From Alphaproteobacteria bacterium (GTDB lineage: Bacteria > Pseudomonadota > Alphaproteobacteria > VGDZ01): 64,000 nucleotides of DNA. Below, piece after piece: positions 59,398 through 64,000 of this stretch. Positions within the stretch are counted from its first letter, which is position 1; every line of letters begins with the position of its first letter. Made by a program: the position numbers and the translations under genes. The notes beneath the pieces were generated by a model. The model was not told where the DNA came from, searched no databases, and saw only the letters and a list, made by a program, of their open reading frames with translations. Location: positions 238-64,237 of the forward strand of contig VGDZ01000010.1 of the NCBI GenBank assembly GCA_016869515.1, written 5' to 3'.

Positions 59398-62268
59398 CTA
59401 GGTCAGAGCCTCGCGCAGAATTTCGGCGACGTGAAAGGCGCGGCGGTCGGTGCCGTCCAGGATCTGGTGCCGACAGGAGGTGCCGTCGGCGACGATCACG
59501 GTATCCGCGTCGGCGGCACGCACCGCCGGCAGCAGGCTCAGTTCGCCCATCGCGATGGACATGTCGTAGGTCTCGATCTGGTAGCCGAACGCACCCGCCA
59601 TCCCGCAGCAACTCGAAGCCAGGGTCTCGACTTCGAGCCCCGGCACCAGCCGCAGCGTGGCCTCGACCGCGTCCATGGCGGCGGCGGATTTCTGATGGCA
59701 ATGGCCGTGCAGCAGCGCCTTTTTCCAGCGCACCGGCTTGAACGCGGCCCGGCGTTCGCTGCGCGCCATGAATTCCTCGAACATGACGGCGCTTTCGGCC
59801 AAGGCACGGGTCTCGCCGCCCGGCAGCAGCGCCGGATACTCGTCGCGCAGGGTCATGACGCAGGACGGCTCGACGCCGATCACCGGCAGGCCGCGCTCGA
59901 TCCAGGGACCGAGGGTCTTGAGCATGGCGCGGGCGCGGCGCTTGGCGCCGTCCACCAGCCCTGCCGCCAAATAGGTCCGCCCGCAGCAAAGCCTGGGCAG
60001 GTGCACGCGATAACCTGCACGCAGCAGCACCGACAGCGCGGCATCGGCGACCTCGCGCTCGAACCAGCGGCTGAAGCAGTCGACGAACAGCACCGCCTCG
60101 GGCGCGCCCTCGGGCCCGGCCACGCCCATGCCGGCGAAGGGATCCCTGCGCCAGCGCGGCAGCGAGCGCCGCCGGTCGATGCCGCTCAGCGCCTGAACCA
60201 GCCAGCGCGGCACGGCATTGACCAGGCCGGCGGCGGCGGCGGCGGCCGGGGCATAGGCCGGCAGATGCGCGATCAGGCGCTCGCGCAGACCGACGCCCTG
60301 CTTCTTGGCGCGTTGATGGGCGATTTCCATTTTCATTCGCGCCATGTCGACGCCGGTCGGGCACTCGCGCTTGCAGCCCTTGCAGCCGACGCACAGCGCC
60401 ATGGTCTCGGCCATGGCGTCCGAAGTCAGCGCGTCGGGACCCAACTGTCCCGACAGCGCCAGGCGCAGCGTGTTGGCGCGGCCGCGGGTGAGATGGATTT
60501 CCTCGCCGGTGACGCGGTAGGAGGGGCACATCGTGCCGGCGTCGAACTTGCGGCAGTGGCCATTGTTGTTGCACATCTCGACCGCGGCGCCGAACCCGCC
60601 CCATTCCGACCAGTCGAAGCCGGTCTCGAGCCTGGGCAGCTGGTAGCCGGGCTTGAACCGGAACAGCGAGCGGTCGTCCATCCTGGGCGGGCGAACGATC
60701 TTGCCGGGGTTGAACAGCCCGCGCGGATCGAGCGTGTCCTTGACCCGCTCGAACGCCGCCACCATGCGGTCGCCGAACATGGCGCGATGGAATTCGGACC
60801 GCACCAGGCCATCGCCATGTTCGCCCGAATGCGAGCCCTTGTATTCGCGCACCATGGCGAAGGCCTCTTCGGCGATGGCGCGCATCTGGCGGGCGCCCAG
60901 CTCCTGCTTGAGATTGATCACCGGCCGGACATGCAGGCAGCCGACCGAGGCGTGGGCGTACCAGGTGCCGGTGGTGCCGTGCTTGCGGAACACCTGGGTC
61001 AGGCGGTCGGTGTATTCGGCCAAATCCTCCAGCCGCACCGCGCAATCCTCGATGAAGGAGATCGGTTTGCCGTCGCCCTTCATCGACATCATGATGTTGA
61101 GCCCGGCCTTGCGCACCTCCCAGATCGCCTTCTGCAGCGGCGCGTCCGTCACCTCGATCACGGCGTCGGCGAAACCAAGATCGCCCATCAATTCGGTCAG
61201 GCGGCGTAGCCGGCGTTTCAGTTTGGACTGGTCGGTGCCGGCGAACTCGACCAGCAGCAGTGCCTCGGGCTGGTCCTTGACGAAGCGCTCGACCGTGCGG
61301 CGGAAGATCGGGATGTCGCGCGCCAGGTCGATCATGGTGCGGTCGACCAGTTCGACCGCGTCGGGATCGAGCCGGTCGACGATCGCCTTGGTCGAGGCCA
61401 TGGCCTGATAGAAGCTGGGGAAGTGGCACACGCCCAGCACCTTGTGCGGCGGGATCGGCGCCAGGTCCAGCGTCAGCCGGCGCGAAAACGCCAGCGTGCC
61501 CTCCGACCCGACCAGGAGATGCGCCAGGTTGATCGGGCGGTCGTTGCGACCCGACAGATCGGGCGGCACCAGCGCGTCGATGTTGTAGCCGCCGACCCGG
61601 CGCTGCAGCTTGGGAAAGCGCCGGTCGATCTCCTCGGCCTCCTCGCGGCCCAGCGCCAGCAGGCGATCGACCAGGGCGCGGCCGGGCTGGGGCAAGTGCG
61701 CGGTCGAAAAATCGGCCGGCAGCGCCCCCAGCGGCAGAAAACTGCCGTCGGCCAAGACAGCGTCGATGGCGGCGACATTGTCGCGCATGGTGCCGAAGCG
61801 GATCGAGCGCGCGCCGCAGGAATTGTTGCCGGCCATGCCGCCCAGCGTCGCCTGGGCCGAGGTCGAGACGTCGACCGGAAACATCAACCCGTGCTTGGCG
61901 ATCTGCGCATTGAGGCGATCCAGCACCAGCCCGGGTTGGACTACGGCGCGACGCGATTCGACATCCAGCGACAGCAGCCGATTCATGTGGCGGGTGGTGT
62001 CCAAGACCAGCGCGCGGCCCACGGTCTGGCCGCATTGCGAGGTGCCGGCGCCGCGCGGCAGCACCGCCAGCCCGGCCTCGCTTGCGATCTGGATGGCACG
62101 GATGCAGTCCTGGTCGGTTTGGGGGATCACGACGCACAGCGGCATGATCTGGTAGATCGAGGCGTCGGTGGCATAGCGGCCGCGATCGAACGGGTCGGTC
62201 AGGACCTCGCCCTCGATCTCGCGCGATAGCCGCGCCGCCGTCTTGTCGTCGAGCCGTTCCGCCGCCAT
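59398..62268 (-). CDS. FAD-binding / 4Fe-4S / CCG-domain oxidoreductase (GlcD-GlcF-type fusion)
   Basis: PRGAGTS..GQ, TLGGM.GNNSCG, SGEHGDG, CVGCKGCKRECP, two CCG motifs. Confidence 0.9.
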   Translation of the reverse strand: MAAERLDDKTAARLSREIEGEVLTDPFDRGRYATDASIYQIMPLCVVIPQTDQDCIRAIQIASEAGLAVLPRGAGTSQCGQTVGRALVLDTTRHMNRLLSLDVESRRAVVQPGLVLDRLNAQIAKHGLMFPVDVSTSAQATLGGMAGNNSCGARSIRFGTMRDNVAAIDAVLADGSFLPLGALPADFSTAHLPQPGRALVDRLLALGREEAEEIDRRFPKLQRRVGGYNIDALVPPDLSGRNDRPINLAHLLVGSEGTLAFSRRLTLDLAPIPPHKVLGVCHFPSFYQAMASTKAIVDRLDPDAVELVDRTMIDLARDIPIFRRTVERFVKDQPEALLLVEFAGTDQSKLKRRLRRLTELMGDLGFADAVIEVTDAPLQKAIWEVRKAGLNIMMSMKGDGKPISFIEDCAVRLEDLAEYTDRLTQVFRKHGTTGTWYAHASVGCLHVRPVINLKQELGARQMRAIAEEAFAMVREYKGSHSGEHGDGLVRSEFHRAMFGDRMVAAFERVKDTLDPRGLFNPGKIVRPPRMDDRSLFRFKPGYQLPRLETGFDWSEWGGFGAAVEMCNNNGHCRKFDAGTMCPSYRVTGEEIHLTRGRANTLRLALSGQLGPDALTSDAMAETMALCVGCKGCKRECPTGVDMARMKMEIAHQRAKKQGVGLRERLIAHLPAYAPAAAAAAGLVNAVPRWLVQALSGIDRRRSLPRWRRDPFAGMGVAGPEGAPEAVLFVDCFSRWFEREVADAALSVLLRAGYRVHLPRLCCGRTYLAAGLVDGAKRRARAMLKTLGPWIERGLPVIGVEPSCVMTLRDEYPALLPGGETRALAESAVMFEEFMARSERRAAFKPVRWKKALLHGHCHQKSAAAMDAVEATLRLVPGLEVETLASSCCGMAGAFGYQIETYDMSIAMGELSLLPAVRAADADTVIVADGTSCRHQILDGTDRRAFHVAEILREALT

Positions 62269-62349
62269 GGCGCGACCTTAAATCATGGCGCGGGCGATTG
62301 CCAAACGCCGCCCGACGCAGGATCATGCGCCGCTTTTCGGGAGAGTCCC

Positions 62350-63546
62350 ATGCCCCATCGCAGCGGCCGGCATTTCCTGCAGATCCCCGGTCCGACCAAC
62401 GTGCCCGACCGCGTCCTGCGCGCGATCGACCGGCCGACCATCGACCATCGCGGGCCGGAATTCGGCGCGCTTGGCCGCAAGGTGCTGGCCGGGATGAAGA
62501 CCGTGTTCCGCACCCAAGGCGAGGTGGTGATCTATCCCGCCTCGGGCACCGGCGCCTGGGAAGCGGCGCTGGTCAACACGCTTTCGCCCGGCGACAAGGT
62601 GCTGATGGCCGAGACCGGCCAGTTCGCCACGCTGTGGAAGAAGCTGGCGACGCGGCTGGGACTCGAGGTCGAGTTCCTGGCCGGCGATTGGCGGCGCGGC
62701 GCCGATCCCCGCGCCATCGAAGCGCGCCTGGCCGAGGACAAGGCCCATGCCGTCAAGGCGGTGTGCGTGGTGCACAACGAGACCTCGACCGGCGCCGTCT
62801 CGCGCATCGCCGAATGCCGCAAGGCGATCGACCGCGCCGGCCATCCGGCGCTGTTCATGGTCGACACCATCTCCTCGTTGGCGTCGATCGACTATCGCCA
62901 CGACGAGTGGGGGGTCGACGTCACCGTCGCCGGCTCGCAGAAGGGCTTGATGCTGCCGCCGGGGCTGTCGTTCAACGCCATTTCGGCCAAGGCGCTGGCG
63001 GCGTCCAAGCAGGCGCGCATGCCGAAATCCTATTGGGCCTGGGACGAGATGCTGGCCACCGGTACCAATGGCTACTTCCCCTATACGCCGGCGACCAATC
63101 TGCTTTACGGCCTGGCCGAGGCGATCGACATGCTGCACGAAGAGGGCCTCGACCGGGTGTTCGCCCGTCACGCGCGCCTGGCCGAGGCGACGCGGCGCGC
63201 GGTCAAGGCCTGGGGGCTGGAAATCCTGTGCGTCGATCCGGCCGAGCAGTCGAACTCGCTGACCACGGTGCTGATGCCGGGCGGCAAGGGGGCGGACGCG
63301 CTGCGCAAGGTCATCCTCGAACGCTACGACCTGTCGCTCGGCGCGGGCCTGGGCAAGCTGACCGACAAGGTGTTTCGCATCGGCCATCTCGGCGACTTCA
63401 ACGAACTCATGCTGCTGGGCACGTTGGCCGGGGTCGAGATGGGCCTGCACGCGGCGGGCGTGAGCCATCGTGCCGGCGGCGTGGCGGCGGCGATGGACTA
63501 TCTGGCCGAGCGTTCGGGCGCCGCCGGCCAGCGCCAGAGCGCGTGA
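62350..63546 (+). CDS. Class V aminotransferase, serine/alanine--glyoxylate aminotransferase-like
   Basis: FLQIPGPTNVP, HNETSTG, GSQKGLMLPPG (PLP Lys), FPYTP, FRIGHLG. Confidence 0.93.
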   Translation: MPHRSGRHFLQIPGPTNVPDRVLRAIDRPTIDHRGPEFGALGRKVLAGMKTVFRTQGEVVIYPASGTGAWEAALVNTLSPGDKVLMAETGQFATLWKKLATRLGLEVEFLAGDWRRGADPRAIEARLAEDKAHAVKAVCVVHNETSTGAVSRIAECRKAIDRAGHPALFMVDTISSLASIDYRHDEWGVDVTVAGSQKGLMLPPGLSFNAISAKALAASKQARMPKSYWAWDEMLATGTNGYFPYTPATNLLYGLAEAIDMLHEEGLDRVFARHARLAEATRRAVKAWGLEILCVDPAEQSNSLTTVLMPGGKGADALRKVILERYDLSLGAGLGKLTDKVFRIGHLGDFNELMLLGTLAGVEMGLHAAGVSHRAGGVAAAMDYLAERSGAAGQRQSA

Positions 63547-64000
63547 GCGGACGCATCGGCCTCGCGCGCGCGGGCGCGATCGCCACCCTTACGCTCGACC
63601 GGCCGGAGAAGCTCAACGCCCTGACCAAGCCGATGTGGCGGGATCTGGGCGATGCGCTGCGGACGCTGTCGTCCGAATCCGATCTGCGTTGCATCGTGTT
63701 GCGGGGCGAGGGCGGCAAGGCGTTCTCGCCCGGCAACGACATCGGCGAATTCGCCACCGAACGTGCCGATCCCGTGCAGGCGGCGGCCTACGGCGCCTTG
63801 ATGCATGCGGCGCTGTCGGCCTTGCGCGACTGCCCGATCCCGACCCTGGCCATGATCCGCGGCATTTGCGTCGGCGGCGGGCTGGAGATCGCCGCCTGCT
63901 GCGATCTGCGCATCTGCGGCGAGTCCTCGCGCTTCGGTGCGCCGATCAAGAACCTGGGCTTGGTGATGGCGCATGCCGAAATGGCGGCGCTGATCGACTT
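63543..64000 (+). CDS. Enoyl-CoA hydratase/isomerase family protein (3' truncated)
   Basis: Manual translation from GTG 63543: ATLTLDRPEKLNAL...KAFSPGNDI...G.CVGGGLEIAACCDLR; not in the ORF track because it runs off the window. Confidence 0.88.
   Translation, partial: MSGRIGLARAGAIATLTLDRPEKLNALTKPMWRDLGDALRTLSSESDLRCIVLRGEGGKAFSPGNDIGEFATERADPVQAAAYGALMHAALSALRDCPIPTLAMIRGICVGGGLEIAACCDLRICGESSRFGAPIKNLGLVMAHAEMAALID

Noticed and set aside
62350-63546. Evidence for serine-cycle methylotrophy
   Set aside because: No other serine-cycle or C1 genes in the window; this aminotransferase family is widespread in non-methylotrophs

Overview
High-GC alphaproteobacterial (Rhodospirillales-like) chromosomal segment made mostly of housekeeping genes: mce-DUF1467, proS-lolC/E-lolD-dnaE, the rpsB-tsf-pyrH-frr-uppS-cdsA-dxr-rseP-bamA-skp-lpxD-fabZ-lpxA-lpxI-lpxB block, gloA, gltA, gltX, comEC, lexA-moeA-moaC-kdsA, hemF-trmL, petABC, mtnP-apt and purEK. 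Small accessory insertions include three orphan histidine kinases, an LtaS-like enzyme, a degenerate FkbM-like protein, a FitAB toxin-antitoxin pair and several small hypothetical proteins. A GntR/CoA-transferase/ABC/lactonase plus FAD-FeS oxidase/aminotransferase/enoyl-CoA hydratase catabolic cluster lies at the right end. I found no rRNA, tRNA, CRISPR, transposase or phage genes. Best leads: (1) an mtnP-apt-[class II aldolase/SDR fusion] operon that may be a single-polypeptide version of the DHAP shunt for SAM by-products; (2) GANTC-bearing bulged palindromic repeats anchored on TAG stop codons; (3) a tail-anchored microprotein carrying the tmRNA-tag-like AANDN motif; (4) a degenerate FkbM protein coupled to comEC and followed by an AT-rich IHF-like patch. 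All calls come from motif recognition by eye; no database searches were run.
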